A stretch of DNA of 31,496 nucleotides from a virus (taxonomy: Duplodnaviria; Caudoviricetes), in IMG/VR virus record IMGVR_UViG_3300033067_002582, positions 1 through 31,496 of that record; one strand, given 5' to 3'. The notes below the pieces were generated by a model. It was not told the origin of the DNA, made no database searches, and was given only the letters and a program-made list of their open reading frames with translations. Positions 18,390 through 25,671 of this stretch are shown one piece after another (position 1 is the stretch's first letter; every line of letters starts with the position of its first letter). The position numbers and the translations under genes are program-made.

Positions 18390-19381
18390 GCCGATTCTCC
18401 GAGTAGTTCCATCGCAACCCGCTCCGCGATCGCCGGGTCACACGGGGGCTTGCTGTACCTCATGTACTCTGTTACTTGGTCCTTAACGCCGGGCGGCATC
18501 TTCATTCGGGGTGGGACCTTCTCGACGACCCTTTCGACCACAACCCGGACGTTGTCCCTCTCAGGGATCGCCCTCTTGGCCTTCTCGCTCTTGACCGTCG
18601 CGAGAACAAAGTCCTGCTTGCGCGTCCTACCGACCGTGGCCTCGTCCGCCTTGACGAACCGGGGGAACTGGTCCAGTGGTTGCCACTTGACCTCCCCCTC
18701 GCAGTACAGGACAAACCTCTTCTTCTCACCGGCCTCGCCCCAGTCGATCTGGAGCGGTGATCCGATGTAGCACGCATTGCACCCGGGGATGTCCTGCGGC
18801 TTGTGGTAGTGGCCGAGGAATACCGGCGTCTTGGCCTTGTTGCTCAGGTCCTTGGCCGTGATCCGCCCACGGATCTCGAAACCCGAGGGGCCGACCGCGC
18901 TCCCGTCAACCCCGACGTGCCCAATGACAAAATCCATCCCCTTCTCGGCCATGACTTTCCGCACAACGGCGGGGTCGTTGGTCCAAGGGATGCAGCCAAT
19001 CCGGTACCCGTCGATCGTGACGACACCGGAGTCCGGGATGACCATTGAGAAGAGACGACCGTGCAGGCTTAACGCCTGACCGTCCATCGAATAGTCGTGG
19101 TTCCCCGCAAGGGCCACGACACCGACCCCCATCTTCCGACACTCTCGCAACGCCGTATCGGAGACGTGCAGGGTGTTAACGCTGATCTTCTTGCGGTTGT
19201 GGAACCAGTCACCCGACACGATAAGCGTCTTGCCGCCCGCATCGCGGACCGCGCGGGCCATGTGGACCACCACATCGTGCCCGTCCATGAGCCGGGAGTT
19301 GAACCCGTTGCGGTCCGTCGCAAAGGCGGGGTGTTCGTCGAGGTGCACGTCCGCGGTGATACCGATTGGCGGCCTTGCCAT
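18386..19381 (-). CDS. sbcD: SbcD/Mre11/gp47-like metallophosphoesterase nuclease
   Basis: ADVH, GDWFH, GNHD, GH, LGHYH, YIGSP.Q.DWGE. Confidence 0.92.
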   Translation of the reverse strand: MARPPIGITADVHLDEHPAFATDRNGFNSRLMDGHDVVVHMARAVRDAGGKTLIVSGDWFHNRKKISVNTLHVSDTALRECRKMGVGVVALAGNHDYSMDGQALSLHGRLFSMVIPDSGVVTIDGYRIGCIPWTNDPAVVRKVMAEKGMDFVIGHVGVDGSAVGPSGFEIRGRITAKDLSNKAKTPVFLGHYHKPQDIPGCNACYIGSPLQIDWGEAGEKKRFVLYCEGEVKWQPLDQFPRFVKADEATVGRTRKQDFVLATVKSEKAKRAIPERDNVRVVVERVVEKVPPRMKMPPGVKDQVTEYMRYSKPPCDPAIAERVAMELLGESA

Positions 19382-19399
19382 ACTCAAACTCCGGGCTGT

Positions 19400-19711
19400 C
19401 TACCGGTGAGACTCGCGGACCGCTGCCGCGATGTCCTTCAGCGGGCTAAACAGCACCCAGAATGTAGCAGAAGTTAGGGCCGCCCCAACCACAGCGCCGA
19501 CAAGGAGAAGCGTGGTCGCGAACCGCCTTGCACGAATCCGGTTCTCCACGTCGATGTTCATGTTGACGCGGGTGACCAGACCGTTGAGTGTCTTCGCCAC
19601 AACGTCCGGGTCAAGCTCCGCGACCATCTCGGGTGTGTAGAGCCCCCTCGAAATCGCGTCCTTCTGCCTTGCCAGATACTCGGCGATCTTCTTTCCAGTG
19701 ATTTCGCTCAT
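19400..19711 (-). CDS. Small membrane protein
   Basis: One hydrophobic segment, LLLVGAVVGAALTSATFWVLF; ATGA overlap with the upstream gene. Confidence 0.65.
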   Translation of the reverse strand: MSEITGKKIAEYLARQKDAISRGLYTPEMVAELDPDVVAKTLNGLVTRVNMNIDVENRIRARRFATTLLLVGAVVGAALTSATFWVLFSPLKDIAAAVRESHR

Positions 19712-20625
19712 GGTTCCCTCATGTACTTGAAAGGCTCAATCCACGACGTCGGGTTGTTCATAATCGACGAGAACCCGTATTCACGACACTTCTCGAAGAA
19801 CAGCCGCGGCTTGTACGCCGCGACCACCTTCATCGCTTTATAGGCGTCGTCGGCCGTCCGGTTCAAGTCCATGACCTGCCAGTTTGCCGCGACCTTCTTG
19901 TAGAAGCCCTTGAGCTTATCCTTGTAGCGGCCCTTGTAGTTCTCCTTGAGGGACGACGGTGTCACCTTGACGCCCTCGGCCAGGAGTTCGTCCACAATCT
20001 CCTGAGCCCTCTTCTCTCCCAAGCCGGGCACCCGAGGGATGCAATCCGAAGGATCACCGGTAATCGCCCGATACAAACGGTACCCCCGGGCCGGTTGTTC
20101 GACCCACTCGTGCTGGGTCGGCTGCCACAACCGAACACGCTTCCCGTCGATGAGTTGGCGGAGGTCCTTGTCGGCCGACACGATAATGTACCGGGCCGCT
20201 AGGTCTGACCGGACCATGCCCGCAATCAGATCGTCGGCCTCGAAGTTCTCCGCCTTTGCGACCTTGACCCCCAGGGGAGAAATCAGGTCGGGCAACAGCT
20301 TCCTTTGATGGCGGTATGCGTCGATGAAGTTGTCCCGCCGTGGGTCGGCCTTGCCCGCGCTCTTCCCCCGGTTGTTCTTGTACTCAGGCACCAACTCGAA
20401 CCGAAACGCGGGCGGCTTGGAGTCCTGTACCGCGTACACCTCGTGGATCTGCGCGCCCTCAATCTCATGCGTGATGAGGGCCCGCACACGCCGGACGAAC
20501 CCGTAGAGTCCACCAGTGGGCTCACCCGTTTTCGGAGACGTAAGGTGCTGTCCGGTGTGAACGCACATGGCGAGAATGTTGTTGCTGTCGATGAGCAACG
20601 CGGTCTTCTTCTTGGGGTCGATCAT
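19708..20625 (-). CDS. 5'-3' exonuclease / flap endonuclease (T4 RNase H / PolI N-terminal type)
   Basis: LLIDSN, YKNNR, EADDLIA, SADKDLRQL, GDPSDCIP.VPGLGEK. Confidence 0.93.
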   Translation of the reverse strand: MIDPKKKTALLIDSNNILAMCVHTGQHLTSPKTGEPTGGLYGFVRRVRALITHEIEGAQIHEVYAVQDSKPPAFRFELVPEYKNNRGKSAGKADPRRDNFIDAYRHQRKLLPDLISPLGVKVAKAENFEADDLIAGMVRSDLAARYIIVSADKDLRQLIDGKRVRLWQPTQHEWVEQPARGYRLYRAITGDPSDCIPRVPGLGEKRAQEIVDELLAEGVKVTPSSLKENYKGRYKDKLKGFYKKVAANWQVMDLNRTADDAYKAMKVVAAYKPRLFFEKCREYGFSSIMNNPTSWIEPFKYMREP

Positions 20626-21194
20626 GGCTCCTCCACGTACCCTCGGGTTTCCGCCAGAACCTTCTTCAAACGCTCACGGAGGGAATGTCGGTGCGCGTAG
20701 TCCGGGGCCGGGTTGTCCCGCTCACTAATGTACTCGTCCACCGCTACCACGAGCGACTTGAGGGCGTCCCTCACAACGTCCTTCTTCCCCGAGGTCTTCT
20801 CCCTCCCGACAATGTACCTCGCGACCGCAACGCGCTGCTCGACTGACCCATACCGGCAACACCGGACACACGGCGTACTGCTTGACGGCATAGAGCACGC
20901 ACACTGAGGACGGCACGGCTCCACAAAGCAACACGGGCACGTCCTGTGCCCGGACATGGTGGCGTACCCGCGTCCGTACTCATCCAAAAGGTACCCGCGT
21001 GCCACGATGTCGGCCTTATCCTGCGACACCCGTGCCGCCTCTTCGATCTCGCGGCGCATGTCCTGCGCCTTCCGGAGGGGAGCAACGTCCGGCATGAGAC
21101 CCGCATATTTACGCGCCTCAAGGACCTCTTCACGCCCTTGTTCCCGGGCAGCGGCCACCATGTCTTCGACCTGCTTCTTTGTGTACGAACCCAT
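20622..21194 (-). CDS. Hypothetical Cys-rich protein
   Basis: ATG at 21194 after GAGGTG; CPCC...C...CAC...C..CC cluster. Confidence 0.7.
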   Translation of the reverse strand: MGSYTKKQVEDMVAAAREQGREEVLEARKYAGLMPDVAPLRKAQDMRREIEEAARVSQDKADIVARGYLLDEYGRGYATMSGHRTCPCCFVEPCRPQCACSMPSSSTPCVRCCRYGSVEQRVAVARYIVGREKTSGKKDVVRDALKSLVVAVDEYISERDNPAPDYAHRHSLRERLKKVLAETRGYVEEP

Positions 21195-21206
21195 GTGACA
21201 CCTCAA

Positions 21207-21279
21207 AGCCGCGGGGCGGATTTGAACCGCCAACCCCCGCTTTACAAAAGCGGTGCTCTACCAGTTGAGCTATCGCGGC
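21207..21279 (-). tRNA. tRNA-Thr(UGU)
   Basis: GCCGCGA-TA-GCTC-AACTGGTA-GAGC-A-CCGCT-TTTGTAA-AGCGG-GGGTT-GGCGG-TTCAAAT-CCGCC-CCGCGGC-T cloverleaf; anticodon TGT; A15-U48 pair; A7:C66 mismatch; no encoded CCA. Confidence 0.93.
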
Positions 21280-21311
21280 AAAAAGGGGCCGGGCTATGGC
21301 AACCCGGCCCC
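21280..21311 (-). terminator. Intrinsic terminator after parB, abutting the tRNA 5' end
   Basis: GGGGCCGGGTTG-CCA-TAGCCCGGCCCC-TTTTT; a second hairpin CACTACCG/CGGTAGTG lies at 21319-21340. Confidence 0.8.
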
Positions 21312-21348
21312 CGCACCGCACTACCGCGCACACGGTAGTGTGAAAGGA

Positions 21349-22545
21349 TCACTCTTCGTCGCCGGAATCCTCGTCCTCATCGACTTCCTCGGAATCGGCG
21401 TCGTCGTCACCGGACCCATCCTCGGACTCGTCGTCCGCGTCGTCCTCCCCGCCCCCGGCAGTGACCTTGGCCTTCTTCTTCGAGGACTTCTTGCCCTTCT
21501 TCGCGGGCTTCTCGTCCTCGTCCTCGTCCTCGCCGTCCTCGTCCTCCACGGAGTCGGACTGCTCGACCTTGACCCGGTCGATGTGCTCGGCGAACATGTG
21601 CTTGAAGTCCTTCTTGTCGATCGCGGACGTCGCGGTCAGGCCCATCATGTAGAAGATGACGGCGATCTGCGCCCGGTAGAACGTGGTCCCGTTGCTGTCC
21701 ACGCCGTCCTTGGCCTCGATACACGCGACCAGCAGCGAGTCGAGGAGGATCTGGATGTCCTTCTTGCCACGCCAGACCGTGACGGAGGCCGACCCGCGGC
21801 CACCCTGACGGCGCTTGTCCTTGGGAGCCTCGACCTCACGCCCCTTGTCCTTCATCTCGTTGATGAACTCGGCCTGCGCCTCCTGAAGCTCGCGGGCCGT
21901 GGTGATCTCACCGGCCTCGACCGCCTTCTCGACGTGCTTGCGGACCTTGGGGTCGGAGATGCGGAGGAACTTGTCGGCCGTATCGACGGCCATCTCGCCG
22001 GTATCGAGGCGCTCGCGGAAGGTCTTGGGAAGCTCCGTGGTGCGGAGGACTCGCCGCACCGTCTCGGAGCCGACCCCGGCCATGCGGGCAATCGCGCTGT
22101 AGTTGTGATCCCCGTCCTTCTTGCCGCACTCCTTGGACATCGCCTCGTACATGCGGACCTGATCGGTCACGCTGAGGTTGGTGCGACCCTCGGGGCTGTT
22201 CTCCGACATGATGACCGACAGGGCGTCCTTGTTGTCGTCAAGGTCGGTCCGGATCGTGACCGGCACCTCCTTGAGCCCGGCCTTGCGCGCCGCAGCGAAC
22301 CGACGGTGACCGCACAGGAGTTGGTACTTGCCGCCGCTCGCGGGCCGCACCACCAGCGACGACAGGATGCCCTGGCTCTTGATGAGCGACGTGAGGGTCG
22401 AGATGTCGCCGTTCTCGGAACGCGCGATCAGGTGCTTCGGGGGCATCACGATCTGGTTGAGCGCGAGTGTCGCCGACGTCATCTTGCTGGGCTTGCCATT
22501 CTTCGGGCTGCCTGTCTTTCCACTGTTCTTGACTTTCTTCGCCAT
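21349..22545 (-). CDS. parB: ParB/Spo0J/KorB-family CTP-binding protein with HTH and acidic tail
   Basis: IKSQGILSSLVVR...YQLLCGHRRFAAARKAGLKEVPV (GxRR box), SEN..R.NLS, HTH YSAIARMAGVGSETVRRVLR. Confidence 0.9.
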   Translation of the reverse strand: MAKKVKNSGKTGSPKNGKPSKMTSATLALNQIVMPPKHLIARSENGDISTLTSLIKSQGILSSLVVRPASGGKYQLLCGHRRFAAARKAGLKEVPVTIRTDLDDNKDALSVIMSENSPEGRTNLSVTDQVRMYEAMSKECGKKDGDHNYSAIARMAGVGSETVRRVLRTTELPKTFRERLDTGEMAVDTADKFLRISDPKVRKHVEKAVEAGEITTARELQEAQAEFINEMKDKGREVEAPKDKRRQGGRGSASVTVWRGKKDIQILLDSLLVACIEAKDGVDSNGTTFYRAQIAVIFYMMGLTATSAIDKKDFKHMFAEHIDRVKVEQSDSVEDEDGEDEDEDEKPAKKGKKSSKKKAKVTAGGGEDDADDESEDGSGDDDADSEEVDEDEDSGDEE

Positions 22546-22609
22546 ACTTCGATCTCCGTGCGGGTTGTCCGCTGTTTGTCTGCTGGCTCACGGGCCAGCG
22601 ATGGGAACC

Positions 22610-22637
22610 ATCATACCACGGATCGGATCCGTTTCCA
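22610..22637 (-). promoter_or_regulatory. Candidate sigma70-type promoter of parB (TGGAAA-16-TATGAT with extended TG)
   Basis: Minus strand reads TGGAAACGGATCCGATCCGTGGTATGAT in the recA-parB gap. Confidence 0.6.
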
Positions 22638-22654
22638 TTCCCCGACTCGGGGAA
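22638..22654. promoter_or_regulatory. 17-bp palindromic site, copy 6, perfect (TTCCCCGACTCGGGGAA)
   Basis: Directly after the recA TAG and abutting the parB -35 candidate. Confidence 0.85.
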
Positions 22655-23824
22655 CTATTCCTCCTCTTCGTCCTCGCCCTTCGGGGGCTTGAGCGTCGTA
22701 GCCGTTTCCTTCACCGCCTCCCTGATCTTCTTCTCGTGCTTCGCGAGCACCTCCCCAAACTCCCTCTTCGCGAAAATACCGACCGAGTCTTTCAGACCAC
22801 GGATTGACACGCCCTTCGACCCCTGGGGCTGGAGCAACCCGAGGTCTTCGAGGAACATGAGGTTCGACTTGTCCACCTTGACACCGCCTGTCCCATCCTT
22901 CGCAAAGGACACGTAGAACCGGGCCTTACGGCTCTGCACACCGTACTGGGCCTTGTTCGCCATCATCTCGTACTCAGCACCACGGACACGGTCCTTACCG
23001 TCCTTGTCGGTGTGAATCATCGTGGTGCGGATGATCGTCCGCCCGTAGAACTTCAGCGCGTGACCACCGGCCATCTTGGTCTTAGGCCCCGAGAACCCGC
23101 CCATACCCCCGATGATGTCCCGCTGCTCGTTAATCAGCATTGGGAGAATCGGGCGTCCCTTGGTCAGAACCCGGAGAACCTTCAACTGGTCCGTGATGAC
23201 CGCCGCAGACTTGCCGACACCGGCACTCTCCCCGGCATTCTTCTCGAACAGGGCCTCCGGTGCTGCCGCCGCAAGTGAATCCCACGCGACCAGCATGGGG
23301 GTATTGCTCCCCTTGGGTGCGTCGGAGTCAACCCTCTTGCCCTTCTTGATCTTGCTCACCGGTCCGTAGAGCGCCGAGATTCCGGACTTGAGGGCGTCCA
23401 TGCCCTCTTCCAGCGTGTTCACGTCCACCTTGACCAGACGCTTGGGATCAATCTTGTAGCAGGCGAAGTGGTTCGGGTCGAACACTTGATCGAAGTCCAG
23501 CCACAGGATGATCCCTCCGGCTCGGGAAAAGCACCCCGCCGTGAAGTGACACAGCGCGGTCTTTGCCGATGCTTCCCTGCCCCACACAATCGCCCCACGT
23601 CCTGTGGGGAACCCCCGCATGTTGCTGAAGATCCAGTCGATAGGCCAGCACGGGTTCGGTACCCACAGGGGCACGATGGGCTCCTTACGCCCCTGCTGTT
23701 CCTCCATCGTGAACGCGGACTCTTCGTTGCGAAAGGACTTGCGGATTCCAGCCACCACGATCGACGCAGCATCCACCGCCGCAAACCTCTTCGCAACCCT
23801 GCTCGTATCAATGCTCTTTGCCAT
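22655..23824 (-). CDS. recA: RecA/UvsX-like recombinase (divergent)
   Basis: GFPTGR, WGREASAKT, WDSLAA, LINEQR, GGHALKFY, NK motifs; next to SSB and UvsY-like genes. Confidence 0.88.
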   Translation of the reverse strand: MAKSIDTSRVAKRFAAVDAASIVVAGIRKSFRNEESAFTMEEQQGRKEPIVPLWVPNPCWPIDWIFSNMRGFPTGRGAIVWGREASAKTALCHFTAGCFSRAGGIILWLDFDQVFDPNHFACYKIDPKRLVKVDVNTLEEGMDALKSGISALYGPVSKIKKGKRVDSDAPKGSNTPMLVAWDSLAAAAPEALFEKNAGESAGVGKSAAVITDQLKVLRVLTKGRPILPMLINEQRDIIGGMGGFSGPKTKMAGGHALKFYGRTIIRTTMIHTDKDGKDRVRGAEYEMMANKAQYGVQSRKARFYVSFAKDGTGGVKVDKSNLMFLEDLGLLQPQGSKGVSIRGLKDSVGIFAKREFGEVLAKHEKKIREAVKETATTLKPPKGEDEEEE

Positions 23825-23836
23825 AGGGCCTCCAAT

Positions 23837-23866
23837 GAGCGGACGGGTGTCTCCACCAGTCCGCCC
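23837..23866 (-). other. GNRA-capped RNA hairpin between ssb and recA
   Basis: GGGCGGAC-T-GGTG-GAGA-CACC-C-GTCCGCTC; no U-tract. Confidence 0.55.
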
Positions 23867-23876
23867 GCACTACGGG

Positions 23877-25082
23877 TCACCGGCGCTTGCCGGTCTTCTT
23901 CGCGGGGGCCTTGCCGCCCTTCTTGGGCTTGGCCGCAGCCTCAACCTCATCCGCGTCGTCCTCATCCTCGTCCGGGTCAGTCTCCACGTCGTCCTCGTCC
24001 TCCGAGTCTTCCTCGTCGTCCTTGGGCTTCGAGGACTTCTTGCCCTTCTTCGCGGGCTTCTCGTCCTCGTCCTCCGAGTCTTCCTCGTCGGCGTCCTCGG
24101 AGTCCTCTTCCTCGTCCTCCGAGTCTTCCGAGTCTTCCTCGTCGGCGTCCTCCTCGTCGTCCTTGGGCTTCGAGGACTTCTTGCCCTTCTTCGCGGGCTT
24201 CTCGTCCTCGTCGTCTTCCTCGTCGTCTTCCTCGTCGTCTTCCTCGTCGGCGTCCTCGGAGTCTTCCTCGTCGGCGTCCTCGGAGTCTTCCTCTTCCTCG
24301 TCCTTGGGCTTCTTGCCCTTCTTCGCAGGCTTTTCCTCGTCCTCGCCCACGGGCTCCTCGTTGAACATGATCTTGTAGACCGCGTCGAGCGCCGCGGAAT
24401 CGTCCGTCAGCAGATCATCGAGGTTGATCTCGGCCGCCTTCTTCCGGAGTGCGATGCGCACATCCTTGTCCTCAGCCAGGGGGCACGCCTCCTGCACGTC
24501 CACCTCGTAGGTCGTACCGTCACGGCCGCTGCCCATACGGGTGATCTCGATGTCCGACCCGTCCGTCGGGCTGGTCAGGTCGTGCTTCTTCATCCGCATC
24601 TCGATGGCGTCGTAGGTCTTGATCGGGATGCTGAGGACGTAGATCGGGGCCGCCTTGCCCTGCTTGTCGATCTCGGAACGCTTCGCGACCACGATGAGGC
24701 GGTACCGCTGGGGCAGCATGTTCCGCGCGTTCTCCAGAACCTTCTCCTTCGCGCTCTCGGCCTTGAGAGCCTTGTAATCCTCGAAGAGGCGGTTGGTCAA
24801 CGCACAGGTACGCTTGTTGAAGCACCCGTTCGGGTCGAAGAACCGGGTCTTCTCCTGACCCTCCGCCCGGAACTTCTTCGGCACGAACTTGTTGTCGAAC
24901 CAGAACTCCGAGACGTACCGGCCGAACCCGTAGGAACGGCCGTCGTCCGGTACCGGGAGGATGCGGTACGTCTCGGACTTGCCCGAGGCGATGTCCTTGG
25001 ACAGCTTGAGGTACGTGAAGTTGCGCGACCCCCGCTCCTTGCCCATCCGATCGATCATGGCTTGATTAGCCTTCTTCGCCAT
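23877..25082 (-). CDS. Single-stranded DNA-binding protein (gp32-like) with long repetitive acidic/basic tail
   Basis: YRILP, DLTSPTDGSDIEITRMGSG..TTYEV; lies between UvsY-like and RecA; ATG at 25082 after AAGGAG. Confidence 0.8.
   Translation of the reverse strand: MAKKANQAMIDRMGKERGSRNFTYLKLSKDIASGKSETYRILPVPDDGRSYGFGRYVSEFWFDNKFVPKKFRAEGQEKTRFFDPNGCFNKRTCALTNRLFEDYKALKAESAKEKVLENARNMLPQRYRLIVVAKRSEIDKQGKAAPIYVLSIPIKTYDAIEMRMKKHDLTSPTDGSDIEITRMGSGRDGTTYEVDVQEACPLAEDKDVRIALRKKAAEINLDDLLTDDSAALDAVYKIMFNEEPVGEDEEKPAKKGKKPKDEEEEDSEDADEEDSEDADEEDDEEDDEEDDEDEKPAKKGKKSSKPKDDEEDADEEDSEDSEDEEEDSEDADEEDSEDEDEKPAKKGKKSSKPKDDEEDSEDEDDVETDPDEDEDDADEVEAAAKPKKGGKAPAKKTGKRR
23950..24345 (-). repeat. Low-complexity coding repeats (DEEDSEDA and EKPAKKGKK units)
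   Basis: Repeated tcctcgtcggcgtcctcggagtc units and three KPAKKGKK blocks. Confidence 0.9.
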
Positions 25083-25146
25083 ACAGGACTCCTTCCCCCG
25101 GGAACCCCGGGGGTCATCATTGCCTAACGCCCAAACCTCCATCGGT

Positions 25147-25671
25147 TCAGACCGTGTCGGCCTTCCATGCTTTCATCAGCACCGTCTTACGGTGGTCGAA
25201 TGCGTCCACCATCATACGGCAAGTTTCCTCAGTCTCCAACAGCCTATTCAACTCGGCGATCTTGGCCCCGTAGTCAGGGTTCGACCGCACCTCAGATGTT
25301 ACCAACGACTCCGTCACCCTCGGACCACCGGTCCGCGCGTCGCGCTCCAGACGCATCCGGTACGCAAACCTCAGGCGTTCCGTGTATTCCTCAAGGCTGA
25401 ACTCCGCGTCACGTCGGGCTTTACTCGCGGCCACCATGAGCCTACGCCAGAACAAGTACCGTTGTACGTGCGTGGCCAGCACCTCGTCGGGCTCGCCGTC
25501 GATCGACACCTCTTGCTCAATGTCAAACGTCTCGGGCTTACCGGCCACGACCACGGTCAACTCCGCGATCTTCCTCAGTGCCTTGTCCGACGTGTACCGC
25601 CCCCTCCTCTTGTACCCCTCCCGACGGCCCGCCCTCTCCCTTGCGATACGCTCCGCCATGCGGTTACTCAT
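25147..25671 (-). CDS. UvsY-like recombination mediator
   Basis: Helical protein with RVTESLVTSEVRSNPDY...AFDHRK..L; ATGA overlap with the pol stop; synteny with ssb/recA. Confidence 0.65.
   Translation of the reverse strand: MSNRMAERIARERAGRREGYKRRGRYTSDKALRKIAELTVVVAGKPETFDIEQEVSIDGEPDEVLATHVQRYLFWRRLMVAASKARRDAEFSLEEYTERLRFAYRMRLERDARTGGPRVTESLVTSEVRSNPDYGAKIAELNRLLETEETCRMMVDAFDHRKTVLMKAWKADTV

Noticed and set aside
19400-19711. Holin call
   Set aside because: One transmembrane segment only and no adjacent endolysin.
23950-24345. Possible CRISPR-like array
   Set aside because: In-frame low-complexity coding repeats without constant-length unique spacers; no cas genes.
7311-25135. Shared TTTGGGCGT upstream of the H1-like gene (7311-7319) and ssb (25127-25135)
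   Set aside because: Only two 9-mers at different distances from the starts; does not fit sigma54 spacing; may be chance.
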